Origin: Vulcanimicrobiales bacterium
GTDB taxonomy: Bacteria > Vulcanimicrobiota > Vulcanimicrobiia > Vulcanimicrobiales > Vulcanimicrobiaceae
DNA: 64,000 nt
Direction: 5' to 3'
NCBI GenBank assembly: GCA_038231455.1
Contig: JBBRLI010000010.1
Location: 64,747 to 128,746 of the forward strand
Numbering within the stretch: position 1 is the stretch's first letter; each line of letters opens with the position of its first letter. The notes beneath the pieces were generated by a model. That model was not told the DNA's origin, made no database searches, and saw only the letters and a list, made by a program, of their open reading frames with translations. The position numbers were made by a program, and so were the translations under genes. Below are positions 18,311 through 28,035 of this stretch, one piece after another.

Positions 18311-19059
18311 CGCGCGCGCTGCTGGGCAAGGAATTCTTCGAGCGGCGCATTTATTTTGCGATCGGTTTCGTGTTGGTCTGCGCGATCGCCGCGCTGATGC
18401 CGCGTTTCTTTGCGTTTTCGTACGCGCTTGCCACGACGAATTCAAAAGCCCCCGCCGATATCGTCGCCGACATTCTGCACAACGTGCGATCGTATTCAGC
18501 GTTTATCGAGACGCAGTGGTGTGGCCGCGGCTTGGCGCGCGCTCTCATCATCCTCGCCCTCATCGCCGGAATCGGAACCGTCGCGACGGAACGTGAGAGT
18601 CGCACGCTGGGACTGCTCACGCAGTCCTCGCTTCGCCGTTCGACGATCGTCGTCGTGAAATTCGCCGTGATCGGGATGTGGCTGTCGCTCATTGCGCTCT
18701 GCAGCGTTGCGATCGTGGCAGCGGCTTCGCTCGTCGACCATCGCATTATCGGTCTTGCAAGTCTCGCGCAGCCGTCGTTTGTCGCGCTCGTTTGCGCGTG
18801 GGCGGTGTTGGCGCTTGCGATGCTTGCAAGCGTGCTGTTTCCGACGTCGCTCAAAGCGACCGTTTTCGCGCTCGGTTTGGTCATCTTCGTTGCGGCGGCC
18901 GGATCGCCGTTCGGCTATAATCTCATTACGCTCCCGGAAAATATCTTCACAACCGACGGTGTATTTCTTGCCGGACGTTTCATTACGGACTGTGCCTTCG
19001 CGTTCGGTGTCGGTTTCGTTGCGCTCATCGCCGCGATCGCGCGTTTTCAAGAGACGTGA
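18307..19059 (+). CDS. ABC-2 type transporter permease
   Basis: GTVATERESRTLGLL...RRSTIVVVKF ABC-2 motif; about 6 TM segments. Confidence 0.75.
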   Translation: MTRALLGKEFFERRIYFAIGFVLVCAIAALMPRFFAFSYALATTNSKAPADIVADILHNVRSYSAFIETQWCGRGLARALIILALIAGIGTVATERESRTLGLLTQSSLRRSTIVVVKFAVIGMWLSLIALCSVAIVAAASLVDHRIIGLASLAQPSFVALVCAWAVLALAMLASVLFPTSLKATVFALGLVIFVAAAGSPFGYNLITLPENIFTTDGVFLAGRFITDCAFAFGVGFVALIAAIARFQET

Positions 19060-20102
19060 TCGCGCACTTCGACCTCGATGCGTTCTACGCATCGGTGGCG
19101 CAGCGCGACGATCCATCCCTGCGGGGAAGGCCGCTTGCAGTCGCGGGTTCCGGTCGACGATCGGTCGTGCTCACGGCATCGTACGAGGCGCGTCCCTACG
19201 GCGTCCGTTCCGCAATGCCGCTTTGGAAGGCGCTCGCGGCGTGCCCGCAGCTTCTCGTCGTTCCGCCGACTTTCGAACGGTATAAAGAAAGCTCGGCCGC
19301 CGTCTTCGCGATTTTCGCCGACGGCGCGACGGCCGTTGAGGGTCTGTCGTTCGATGAGGCGTTTTGTGCGTTGCCCACCGACGATCTCGTGGCGGCGCGC
19401 GTGTGGGCAGAACACGTTCGTGCCCGGATTTTCGCCGAAGTGGGTTTGACGGCGAGTGCCGGAATTGCACGCGGCAAGATGGTCGCGAAAATTGCGAGCG
19501 ATTCGTGCAAGCCGAACGGCATCGCGGTCGTTGAGCCGGGAACGGAAGCGGCGTATCTTGCGCCGATGCCCGTTGGACGGCTGTGGGGAATCGGTCCGAA
19601 GACGCAGATTCGCATGAGCGAAGCCGGGGTTCAAACGATCGGTGACGTCGCAGCGCTCGATGACGCGCGCGCATTCGCGTTGTTCGGCAAGTGGGGCCGC
19701 GACGTGCGCGAACTCGCGCGCGGAAACGACGAGCGGGAAGTCGATGGCTCGCGCGAACGAAAATCCGTCTCGACCGAAGAAACATTCGAGTACGACGTGC
19801 GTGATGAGGAACGCGTCTTAGCGCTGCTCGCAACGCAGGCCGCGGAACTCTCCGCGTACCTCAAAAAGCGCAACCTGCGCGGCTCGACGGTTGGCATCAA
19901 GATCAAACGATCCGATTTTACCGTCCTCGGTCGCCAAACGCATCTCGTCGTTGCGACCGACGATGAAACGACGATCCTCGATGCAGCACGCCACTGTTGG
20001 TCTCGCGCCGGAATCGCTGGCCAACCGATCCGACTCCTCGGCACACGCATCGCGTCGCTCACCGAAGAAGCCGAACGCCAAATTTCGCTCTTCCCGGGCT
20101 AA
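19056..20102 (+). CDS. dinB: DNA polymerase IV
   Basis: HFDLDAFYASV, ASYEARPYGVRSAMP, SFDEAF, AKIASD..KPNG motifs. Confidence 0.95.
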   Translation: MIAHFDLDAFYASVAQRDDPSLRGRPLAVAGSGRRSVVLTASYEARPYGVRSAMPLWKALAACPQLLVVPPTFERYKESSAAVFAIFADGATAVEGLSFDEAFCALPTDDLVAARVWAEHVRARIFAEVGLTASAGIARGKMVAKIASDSCKPNGIAVVEPGTEAAYLAPMPVGRLWGIGPKTQIRMSEAGVQTIGDVAALDDARAFALFGKWGRDVRELARGNDEREVDGSRERKSVSTEETFEYDVRDEERVLALLATQAAELSAYLKKRNLRGSTVGIKIKRSDFTVLGRQTHLVVATDDETTILDAARHCWSRAGIAGQPIRLLGTRIASLTEEAERQISLFPG

Positions 20103-21703
20103 AGTCCGAGCGCTGCAGAGTCCGCGCGCGGGTCGGCTCCTCCGGCGAGCGTGCCGGCTTCGCGATCGATGAGGATGGCGTGCGCGTGCCCCATGAGATT
20201 TTCGAACGCGCCGATCGGTACGACGTCGTGACCGCGTCGCGCTAAGTCGGCGATGAGCGCCGGATCGGTGCGCGATTCGACGCGGACGGAGTCCAGCTTT
20301 TCTGCGACGTTGATGCGGCCGTGCAGCCAGCGCGGCGCATCGAGCGCTTGTTGCACGGACATGCCGCGTTCGAAGATGTTGTGGATGAGCTGCATCTGCG
20401 TCTGCGGCTGACCGTCCGCGCCCATCGTACCGTGCACCAGTTTCGGCTTGCCCTCGAGGAACACCATCGCCGGAGAGAGCGTGTGGACGGGCCGCTTGCC
20501 GCCGCCGAAGCAATTGGGATGCCCATCGACCGTGTTGAAATAGGCGCCGCGATTGTGCAGAAAAATGCCGGTTCCGCGAGCCATGATGCCGCTGCCGAAA
20601 TTCATGTAGAGGCTCTGGATAAGCGAGACGCAGCGACCGGCTTCGTCAACGACGACGAGTGCGATCGTATCGCCGTCCCCAAGCGAGGAACGTTCTTGCA
20701 AAGCCCGCTCGTCGATGGATGCGCGCATCGAGCGCAGACCAGCCGGCGTGAGGAACTCCTCGACCCGCGTATCGACGAAGCGCGGGTCGCCGAAGAGCGC
20801 ATCGCGCCGGTGAAAGGCGCGCTTCACCGCCTCGATTGCGTGGTGTGTCCAGGCGCTTTCACTGGCGAACGTGTCGTCCGCGATTGCGCCGAGAGCCATG
20901 AGGGTCGTCGCGCCTTGTGAATTCGGCGGATGCGCGATGAGCTCGAGGCCCCTCCACGGGATCCGCAAGGGCTCCACCACCTCGGTTCGATGCGTGGAAA
21001 GGTCGTCGAGCGTCATCGCGCTACCGCGGGCTTGAAGTGTCGAAACGATCGACTCGCCGATTGCGCCGTCGTAGAATGCGCTTGGGCCGTCGCGCCGGAT
21101 CGTCGCAAGCGACTCCGCTAAGGGCTCGTTGTGGGCAATCGAACCGGCGAGTGGCGTTCCGTGCGCGAAGAACAGAGCCCGCGCATCGTCATCGGCGAGC
21201 AGCAGCTCCGCATTGATTTCAAAGTAGCGCGCTGCGACGTCGCTGAGGGCGAAGCCGTCGCGGGCGTACGTTTCGGCTGGCGCAAGGAGCTCCGCCATGT
21301 CGATTGTGCCGTGCTTTGCATGCACGTCATACCACGAACGAACGGCACCCGGTACCGTGACCGCTAGGCCGTCGCGGATCGGCATCTCGCCAAGGTTCGC
21401 AACCTGATCGAGCGTCGCGTGGCGAGGCGCAGCGCCGCCGCCATTGTACGCGATCGTCTGACCGGTGGTCGGTTCGTAGACGATCCAGAGCGCGTCGCCG
21501 CCGATCCCACACGACGCCGGATACACGACGGTGAGCACGGCATTTGCAGCGATCGCGGCATCGACGGCATTTCCGCCGCGGCGCAAAACCTCGAGGCCGA
21601 TCTGGGATGCGAGCGCGTGCGGCGATGCAATCATCGCGCGGGTCGAGCGCGCCACGGCACGCGTGGGAAACGGGAAACTCACGGAGTTACTGCTTGAGTT
21701 CAT
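20099..21703 (-). CDS. ggt: Gamma-glutamyltransferase family protein
   Basis: GGNAVDAAIA, GIGGD, GDTIA (catalytic Thr), FGSG, PVHTLSP, GGADPR motifs. Confidence 0.9.
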   Translation of the reverse strand: MNSSSNSVSFPFPTRAVARSTRAMIASPHALASQIGLEVLRRGGNAVDAAIAANAVLTVVYPASCGIGGDALWIVYEPTTGQTIAYNGGGAAPRHATLDQVANLGEMPIRDGLAVTVPGAVRSWYDVHAKHGTIDMAELLAPAETYARDGFALSDVAARYFEINAELLLADDDARALFFAHGTPLAGSIAHNEPLAESLATIRRDGPSAFYDGAIGESIVSTLQARGSAMTLDDLSTHRTEVVEPLRIPWRGLELIAHPPNSQGATTLMALGAIADDTFASESAWTHHAIEAVKRAFHRRDALFGDPRFVDTRVEEFLTPAGLRSMRASIDERALQERSSLGDGDTIALVVVDEAGRCVSLIQSLYMNFGSGIMARGTGIFLHNRGAYFNTVDGHPNCFGGGKRPVHTLSPAMVFLEGKPKLVHGTMGADGQPQTQMQLIHNIFERGMSVQQALDAPRWLHGRINVAEKLDSVRVESRTDPALIADLARRGHDVVPIGAFENLMGHAHAILIDREAGTLAGGADPRADSAALGL

Positions 21704-22662
21704 ACGTGGTCGGTGCTCCAAATTCGATCGGCATCATCGGCAAGAATCGCAGGAGCGGCCGCTTTCCATGCCGTGCGCGCGGCGCGAGTGAGGGGTACGA
21801 GCATGGTAATCGCGGTCTTGCGTTTACGAACGGCTCCGCGCGGAAGCGCGGCACGCGCGATGTCGGGCGGCAGCCAGCCGGTAACTTTCTGTAAGTCGCC
21901 GGCTCCGCTACGTAAGAGCGCGGGGATCGCATCGAAGCCTTCATCGCCCGTATAGGCGAACTCGTCGACGACAAACGCGTCGCGTTCCGGCATCCGTCGA
22001 CCGAAGACGTATGCGGAAACCGTACGGCCTTTCCGAACGAGCATTTCAACGAGCTGACCGTTCTGCTCGCGCGATCGCGACCGCATGCGAATAAAGTCCC
22101 ACACTAGCGGCGTTCGTCGCAAGCCCATCGCACGTCGCGATTCGAGCTGCTCGAAGCAGCGGCGAATCCCCGCCCAATCGCTCTCGCCGACGCGTTGCAC
22201 GTCGATGCGCCGGTCCTCGAACAAGTCCGCATTGAGCGTTATCGCGCGCGAGGGGAGCGCGATGAATCCAAGTCGCTCGTAAAATGCGGGGTGAATGTCC
22301 GAAAAAAGATACGCGACATCAACTCCCGCCGCGCGCTCCGCATCGAGCGCTGCGCCGAGCATCGCCGATGCATACCCGTGTCCTCGATCTTCAGGAGGCG
22401 TGAAGACGGCGCCAATCCCAAATGCCCGAAGCGCGCGATCGCCACAGCGTAATTCGCGTTCGTATCGTTTAAACGAACAGACTAGCCGACCGCCAACGCG
22501 CAGGCCCATCGTGCGAAATCGCTTCGCGCCATACGGTGACGCTGCGATCTCTTCGAGTTCCGCGACGTATTCGGCATAGGTGCGCGATCCAGCCCAGAGC
22601 ACTTTGCTCAGGGGCAAGACCGTCGCCACGTATTCCGGGATCGGGATCGTCGCGAGGCGCAT
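21700..22662 (-). CDS. GNAT-family acetyltransferase
   Basis: GIGAVFTPPEDRGHGYA, LFSDI..FYERLGF motifs. Confidence 0.85.
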   Translation of the reverse strand: MRLATIPIPEYVATVLPLSKVLWAGSRTYAEYVAELEEIAASPYGAKRFRTMGLRVGGRLVCSFKRYERELRCGDRALRAFGIGAVFTPPEDRGHGYASAMLGAALDAERAAGVDVAYLFSDIHPAFYERLGFIALPSRAITLNADLFEDRRIDVQRVGESDWAGIRRCFEQLESRRAMGLRRTPLVWDFIRMRSRSREQNGQLVEMLVRKGRTVSAYVFGRRMPERDAFVVDEFAYTGDEGFDAIPALLRSGAGDLQKVTGWLPPDIARAALPRGAVRKRKTAITMLVPLTRAARTAWKAAAPAILADDADRIWSTDHV

Positions 22663-22713
22663 CGCGGTGACCTTTTGCGACCGTGTTCCGCGCGGCCTGG
22701 TCGCGAACCAAAC

Positions 22714-23946
22714 TTAGACGAACGCGAGCGTGTCGAATTGCCCTGCAAGCACGTCATTCGGATTGCGCCCGAGCCACTTCGAGAGCACCGTCGCGTAGAC
22801 GGAGCGGAAGTCCGTGTTGTATTTGAGATCGCCGTGGTCGAGATCCGTGAGCGAGGGATGTGCGCCGTAAACGCCGCCTTTGAGCGCGCCGCCGATAACG
22901 AAGAGCGGCATTGCGGTCCCGTGGTCGGTCCCGTTGTTCGCGTTTTGCTGGACGCGACGTCCGAACTCGGAGAACGTCATCGTCATCACGTTCTTGTTTT
23001 TGCCATGCGCCTTGAGGTCTTGATAGAATGCAAGCAGTCCCGAGCCGAGGTATCCGAGCAAGCGGTCCTGCTGCTGGCGCTGGTTGACATGCGTATCGAA
23101 TGAGCCGATCGACACGAAGATGATGCGCGTTCCGGTGTCGCTGCCGATCATCTGCGCTGCGAGTTGCAGCTGTTGCGAGAACCCGTCTTTGGGATACGCA
23201 ACCGCCGGCTTGTAGGCGGCGACTTTTTGACGCAAAACGTCGCCGCCGTGATACGCCGAACGGGCGGTATCTTCGAGCATCGTCAAATACGGCGACTGAC
23301 CCGGACGTGCGCCGTCATAGAGCACACCCGCGCTAGTCTTCGCGTTTGCGTCGCGACCGACGTTGAAGTTGAAGGCGTTGAGCGCGCCGATCGCCGGCAC
23401 GTCGACGTGCTGCGAGACGAGTGCGGCGGGAATCTGATCGCCGAGGGCAACGGCTTGAAACGGATTCTTCGGCTTTTCTCCGGCGGAATTGGTTTTATCA
23501 AGGTAGCGGCCAAGCCACCCCGTTTGCTCGCGCAAACCCGGCGATGCGGTTTCCCATATCTGCGTTGCCTCGAAGTGCGAACGGTTGGGATTGGGATAGC
23601 CGACGCCTTGCACGATTGCGACTTGCCCATCTTTATATAGTTCGTTCAGACCCGCGAGCGCCGGATTGAGACCGATTCGCTCGTCGATTTTTAGGACGGT
23701 ATTTTCCGCGACCCGAATGACCGGTCGCACGTTGTGATACGCGTCGTCCGAATACGGCACGACCGTATTGAGGCCGTCGTTCCCGCCACCCATTTGAATG
23801 ACAACGAGCACATTGCCGGGATCGATGCTCGATCCAAGCGCCGGAAGCGCTTGCGCGGATGCGGCGCGCATAAATGCAAGCGGCATCGTGCCGCCGAGCA
23901 CGGCGATTCCAAGACCCTGGTGGATGAACGTACGACGTGAGGACAT
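22714..23946 (-). CDS. DUF1501 domain protein with Tat signal
   Basis: SRRTFI Tat motif; GGNDGLNT, NRSHF, FDTH, SEFGRR, GTDHG motifs. Confidence 0.9.
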   Translation of the reverse strand: MSSRRTFIHQGLGIAVLGGTMPLAFMRAASAQALPALGSSIDPGNVLVVIQMGGGNDGLNTVVPYSDDAYHNVRPVIRVAENTVLKIDERIGLNPALAGLNELYKDGQVAIVQGVGYPNPNRSHFEATQIWETASPGLREQTGWLGRYLDKTNSAGEKPKNPFQAVALGDQIPAALVSQHVDVPAIGALNAFNFNVGRDANAKTSAGVLYDGARPGQSPYLTMLEDTARSAYHGGDVLRQKVAAYKPAVAYPKDGFSQQLQLAAQMIGSDTGTRIIFVSIGSFDTHVNQRQQQDRLLGYLGSGLLAFYQDLKAHGKNKNVMTMTFSEFGRRVQQNANNGTDHGTAMPLFVIGGALKGGVYGAHPSLTDLDHGDLKYNTDFRSVYATVLSKWLGRNPNDVLAGQFDTLAFV

Positions 23947-23955
23947 CAGCGGCTC

Positions 23956-25473
23956 CTAGTTGAGTTGGTTGACGGGGAGGTTGAGCGTGAGCGCGACGAC
24001 GCCCCGGATCTTGTCTTGATAGTTTTCCGGCCCGAACGGAATTGCGTTGCCGGGCGGCGGTGCGGCGGCGGCAGCGGCGGCCGGTGCAGCAGTCGTCATC
24101 GCGGTCGCGACCGCCGCACGCGTATTCGTCGAATTGACGAACGATACGAGCGTCGAGCGCACGTCCGAGGTGACGTCGTCTTGGAGCGCGGCGTTGACGA
24201 TGTTGCCGACGATTTTTTGTGCGTCAAACCCGCCGGCTTGCGCGACGATCGCATCGGGTGAGATCGTGGATGCGGCCAGCGGAACGGCGGGTGCCCCGGC
24301 TGCGGGTTTCTTTTGGATCGACGTTGCGATGAGCGCATTCACAAAGTTGAACCGCGCGAGCAACGTTGCCGTATTGATCCACGTCGGACCGCCGTCCCAG
24401 CCTTTGACGCTGGGTGGGTTCAGCGGATCTTGACCCATGCGCGCGAGTGCATACGGGAGATTGTCGGGGGCGGTTGTGAGGCCCATGTAGCGCAGCGTTC
24501 CGACCGCAAACTCGATCGGACTCTTGGGGATCGCGCGATAGGCACGCGTCGAGTAAAAGACGTTCGAACGCAGAATCGTGCCCACGGTCCTCGGAATATC
24601 GTAACCCGAGAGCGCGTACACACTTGCCAGCGCTTCGATCAGTTCGGGTTCGGGATCGCTATAAACGAAGAACTCGAGGAGTTTGTGCGCCATGAACCGC
24701 GAATGCGCGGGATGTTGCACGATGATATTGATAACGTCGTCGCCCGTCCAGTTTCCCGTCTTTCCGAGCACCGTCTTCGGACCGTCGTCGTGGACTTTTG
24801 GATTGTCGATATACGCAAGACTGCGGTCGAGCGTCCAGCCGGTGAATGCGCGCGCCGATTCCTTGACGTCGTCTTCGGTGTAGTTGCCAAGGCCAAGCGT
24901 AAAGAGTTCCATCACCTCGCGTGCAAAATTTTCGTTCGGATGCGCTTTCGAATTCCCGCGATTGTCGAGCCAGACGAGCATTGCGGGATCTTTGGCGACG
25001 GAAGACAGCAGTGAGGGGAACTTGCCCAGGCCTTGCGCGCGGAAGAGGTCCATCTGCTGCGCCATGAGCTGCGGCGGCACTTTCTGCATGCTCGTCGCAA
25101 AATGGCCGTGCCAGAAGAGCATCATCTTCTGGACGAGCGGTTGATTCGTACCGACGAGCTGATCGAGGAACCAGAGCTGTGTTGCGTGGCGATTCTTCTT
25201 TTGATCGAAGAGGATATCGGTTGGCGGGTAGGCCGGAAAGTCGACTGCCGCGCCGGTTGGATGGAGAAGCGATGCGACTCCGCGATCGGCGCCCAGCGGT
25301 ACCAAGGCGGAAATATCTGCAGCGGTGCCGCCGAACCCGGCGCGGCGGAGCAAGTGTGCGGCGCTCCGCATGGTGAAGTGACCGTCGTAGCGCGCGAGTG
25401 CCGTGGTGGCGTCGCCGAGTGCGCCGGGCGGGCGAAATCCGGTTTGCGGATCGGTCGATGTATCGAGTTTCAC
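23956..25473 (-). CDS. DUF1800 domain protein
   Basis: HLLRRAGFG, FWHGHFATS, PNENFAREVMELFTLG, PPSVKGW; typical partner of DUF1501. Confidence 0.9.
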   Translation of the reverse strand: MKLDTSTDPQTGFRPPGALGDATTALARYDGHFTMRSAAHLLRRAGFGGTAADISALVPLGADRGVASLLHPTGAAVDFPAYPPTDILFDQKKNRHATQLWFLDQLVGTNQPLVQKMMLFWHGHFATSMQKVPPQLMAQQMDLFRAQGLGKFPSLLSSVAKDPAMLVWLDNRGNSKAHPNENFAREVMELFTLGLGNYTEDDVKESARAFTGWTLDRSLAYIDNPKVHDDGPKTVLGKTGNWTGDDVINIIVQHPAHSRFMAHKLLEFFVYSDPEPELIEALASVYALSGYDIPRTVGTILRSNVFYSTRAYRAIPKSPIEFAVGTLRYMGLTTAPDNLPYALARMGQDPLNPPSVKGWDGGPTWINTATLLARFNFVNALIATSIQKKPAAGAPAVPLAASTISPDAIVAQAGGFDAQKIVGNIVNAALQDDVTSDVRSTLVSFVNSTNTRAAVATAMTTAAPAAAAAAAPPPGNAIPFGPENYQDKIRGVVALTLNLPVNQLN

Positions 25474-25578
25474 GGTGGCCTCGCGGGAGTAGGGCGTAGC
25501 GTCGTAACGTATCGTACGTCCAATCGATCTCGCTTTTGTCTCCCTCGAGCGATTCTCAGCCAAACTCTAAGGTACGGT

Positions 25579-28035
25579 TCATGTTGGCCCCTCGATTCGC
25601 CACGTCTGCGGCGAACGTTCGCTCGGCGCGAACGCACCCGGAGATGCAAGCGAGGCCAGCAATACCGACTCGAAGCGCCCGCCCGGATCGCCGGGCAGGA
25701 GGACGACCGCCGGCATTTCCACCGACTCGACCGCGTCGCGTTCGCGTGGTGTCTCTGCCGCACGAGCGACCGTGCGCGTCGTCCGTTCGGCCACGATTGC
25801 GGCGGGGCGCAGTGATTGTAACTCGACTAGGAACTCCGGCGCGGCGACCGCGCGCGTCGGGCGACCGCTGGTACTGACGGTCACCGTCTCGTCGGCGCGA
25901 ACCATCGCACACGCGAGTCGTCGGCGGTCTTCGCGTGCATAGGCATCGCGCAACTTTGCCTGATGCGAATACCACGTGAACTTGGCGGTGCGTGCCGCGG
26001 TTGCATCACCAACGTTGTCTTTGGGGATCATGCCCCATTGCGGACTAAAAAGGAACGCGTCGGGGACGTAGTAGGGCGGGAATGCACCGGCTCGCGCATC
26101 GAGGATGAAGACATGTGCGAAACGCCGTGCTTTGACGGCGTCGATTGCAGCGAGCGTAACCAAGCCGGGATGCGCCGACCCGGCAACGCTCAGCGGCGTG
26201 TCGGACTGCGCGATGCGTTCGCAGTAGAGCAGCGCATCGAGCAGCGTATCGTTCGGCCGCCGCGTGGCGAACCGTTCGATCCGCAAGAGAAGAGATGCGA
26301 TCCGTGCCGTCCGCTGCGCTTGCCGTGCTGATGTCTCGCCGCCGCCGGATTCGGCGATTCCACTTTCCGAGACGATCGTGCGCGCGAGTCGGGCGAGCGG
26401 CATCCTCGAGCGCAGGGCGACCCATCGCGCGCGCCGCTCGCGGAACGCTTGCAAGCGCGCGCGTGCATCATCAGAGAGATCACCATCGCGGTCGGCGCGC
26501 AGGACGTTGGTCCCCAAACGTAAGTCTCGGCGCTTGTCCCAGCGACGGTTACTGCGATCGGTCTCTTCGATTGCGGGGAGTTCGAAGAGCAGTGCCTGCG
26601 GATTTGGCGGATCGCCGCAGAGCAGGGCGAGGCTCGCATCGCTCAGTCGAAGTACCGGTGATTCGAGGACGCGCAGCAGCCAATCGTGGCGGAATGGATC
26701 GGCAACCGACCACAACATCGCAAGCGCGTCCTGCGTATCGTGATGGGCGAAGAGTTGGTCGTCGCCGACGAGATCGATTGGGACGTCGCGGTCGAGCAGT
26801 GCCGCTTCGTACGGCGCGATACAACGCAGCGAACGCGCGAGGACCGCGATTTGCTCCGGTGGCGTTCCCGCGTTGATGAGGCCAGCGACCCGGTCGGCGA
26901 CGAACGCCGCTTCGGCTGGTTGGTCGGATGCGCGGTGAACGGCAATCGACTCCCCTACGGGAAGCGCGGTTCCGAAGTCCTCGGCGATCATCGCACGCGC
27001 CGCCGCAGCGATTTGCGCTGGGACTCGAACGCCGTGCGCTAGCGTGATTGTCGTTCCACCTAAGGCGAACGTCCGTTCCGGACGTGCGCCGGCGAACGTT
27101 TCCGTCGCCGCATCCGGATCGCCGGCAAAGGTGACGCCGATGAGATCTTTCCCGAAGATCGCTTGTAAGAGTCGCAGCTCGCCGGTGCGCAAATCATGCA
27201 CGTCATCGACGAGAGCGAATCGAAACCGGCTTCGCACGATTCGCGCGAGGCTCGCATCGGCGCCGAGAATTCGGATCGCCTCCGCGATCGCATCGGTCGC
27301 CGTAAGACAACCGTGCGCGCCGAGTTCATCCAGATACGCGCGATACAGTTTGGCGATGATCTTCGCAAGATCGAGTTCGCGGCGCCGCTGTCGTTCCAGC
27401 TCCTGCGGTCCGATGCTCAGCGAGTCGCGATAGGAGTCTTTTGTGGCAAAGAGCAGGGAGGGGTTTGCAAAATTTGGCGGCTTCGCGTAAAAGGCGTTCG
27501 AGCCGCGCAGTGCCGCCGCAAGAAAATCGTCCGGACCGATCTGCGCATCGCGGAGTTTGCGAATGAGCCGCAAGGCGGCAGCGGCAAACCGTTCCGGCGC
27601 GCGCAATCCCGGAATCTCCGGATCGATCTCGGCGCTAATGAATTCGGTCCACTCGAGTGCGAAGAGCGGCGCAGCAGCGCGCTCGAAAATCTCCTCGGCA
27701 TCGACCTCATCGATAATCTCGATGTCGAGTGCCAGGCCTGCGCGCAGCCCTTGTTCGCGTAAAATTTCGATTGCGACGGCTTCGAGCGGAACGCCGACGA
27801 AGGATCCCCTCGGGCCGTCGATTGCGGCGATCCGGACGCCGAGGGCCGTGGCCCCGCTCGCGCGGGCCGCGCTGACGATGATCTCCTCGGGGGTCGCGTG
27901 CGCGAGAAGTGCGACGTAGCGGCGCGCGAGTAGTGTGGACTTTCCGCTTGCGGCCGGACCGACCAGTGTAAGGAGCGGCGCATCGGCAGATGCATCGATC
28001 ACACTGCGCGCGAGGGGTCCGGTAATGTCGATCAT
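25579..28035 (-). CDS. UvrD/AdnB-like SF1 helicase-like protein (degenerate motifs)
   Basis: GPAASGKS, RFRFALVDDVHD, AGDPD, IAVLAR, EDRRRLACAMVRA; ATGA overlap with the upstream gene. Confidence 0.75.
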   Translation of the reverse strand: MIDITGPLARSVIDASADAPLLTLVGPAASGKSTLLARRYVALLAHATPEEIIVSAARASGATALGVRIAAIDGPRGSFVGVPLEAVAIEILREQGLRAGLALDIEIIDEVDAEEIFERAAAPLFALEWTEFISAEIDPEIPGLRAPERFAAAALRLIRKLRDAQIGPDDFLAAALRGSNAFYAKPPNFANPSLLFATKDSYRDSLSIGPQELERQRRRELDLAKIIAKLYRAYLDELGAHGCLTATDAIAEAIRILGADASLARIVRSRFRFALVDDVHDLRTGELRLLQAIFGKDLIGVTFAGDPDAATETFAGARPERTFALGGTTITLAHGVRVPAQIAAAARAMIAEDFGTALPVGESIAVHRASDQPAEAAFVADRVAGLINAGTPPEQIAVLARSLRCIAPYEAALLDRDVPIDLVGDDQLFAHHDTQDALAMLWSVADPFRHDWLLRVLESPVLRLSDASLALLCGDPPNPQALLFELPAIEETDRSNRRWDKRRDLRLGTNVLRADRDGDLSDDARARLQAFRERRARWVALRSRMPLARLARTIVSESGIAESGGGETSARQAQRTARIASLLLRIERFATRRPNDTLLDALLYCERIAQSDTPLSVAGSAHPGLVTLAAIDAVKARRFAHVFILDARAGAFPPYYVPDAFLFSPQWGMIPKDNVGDATAARTAKFTWYSHQAKLRDAYAREDRRRLACAMVRADETVTVSTSGRPTRAVAAPEFLVELQSLRPAAIVAERTTRTVARAAETPRERDAVESVEMPAVVLLPGDPGGRFESVLLASLASPGAFAPSERSPQTWRIEGPT

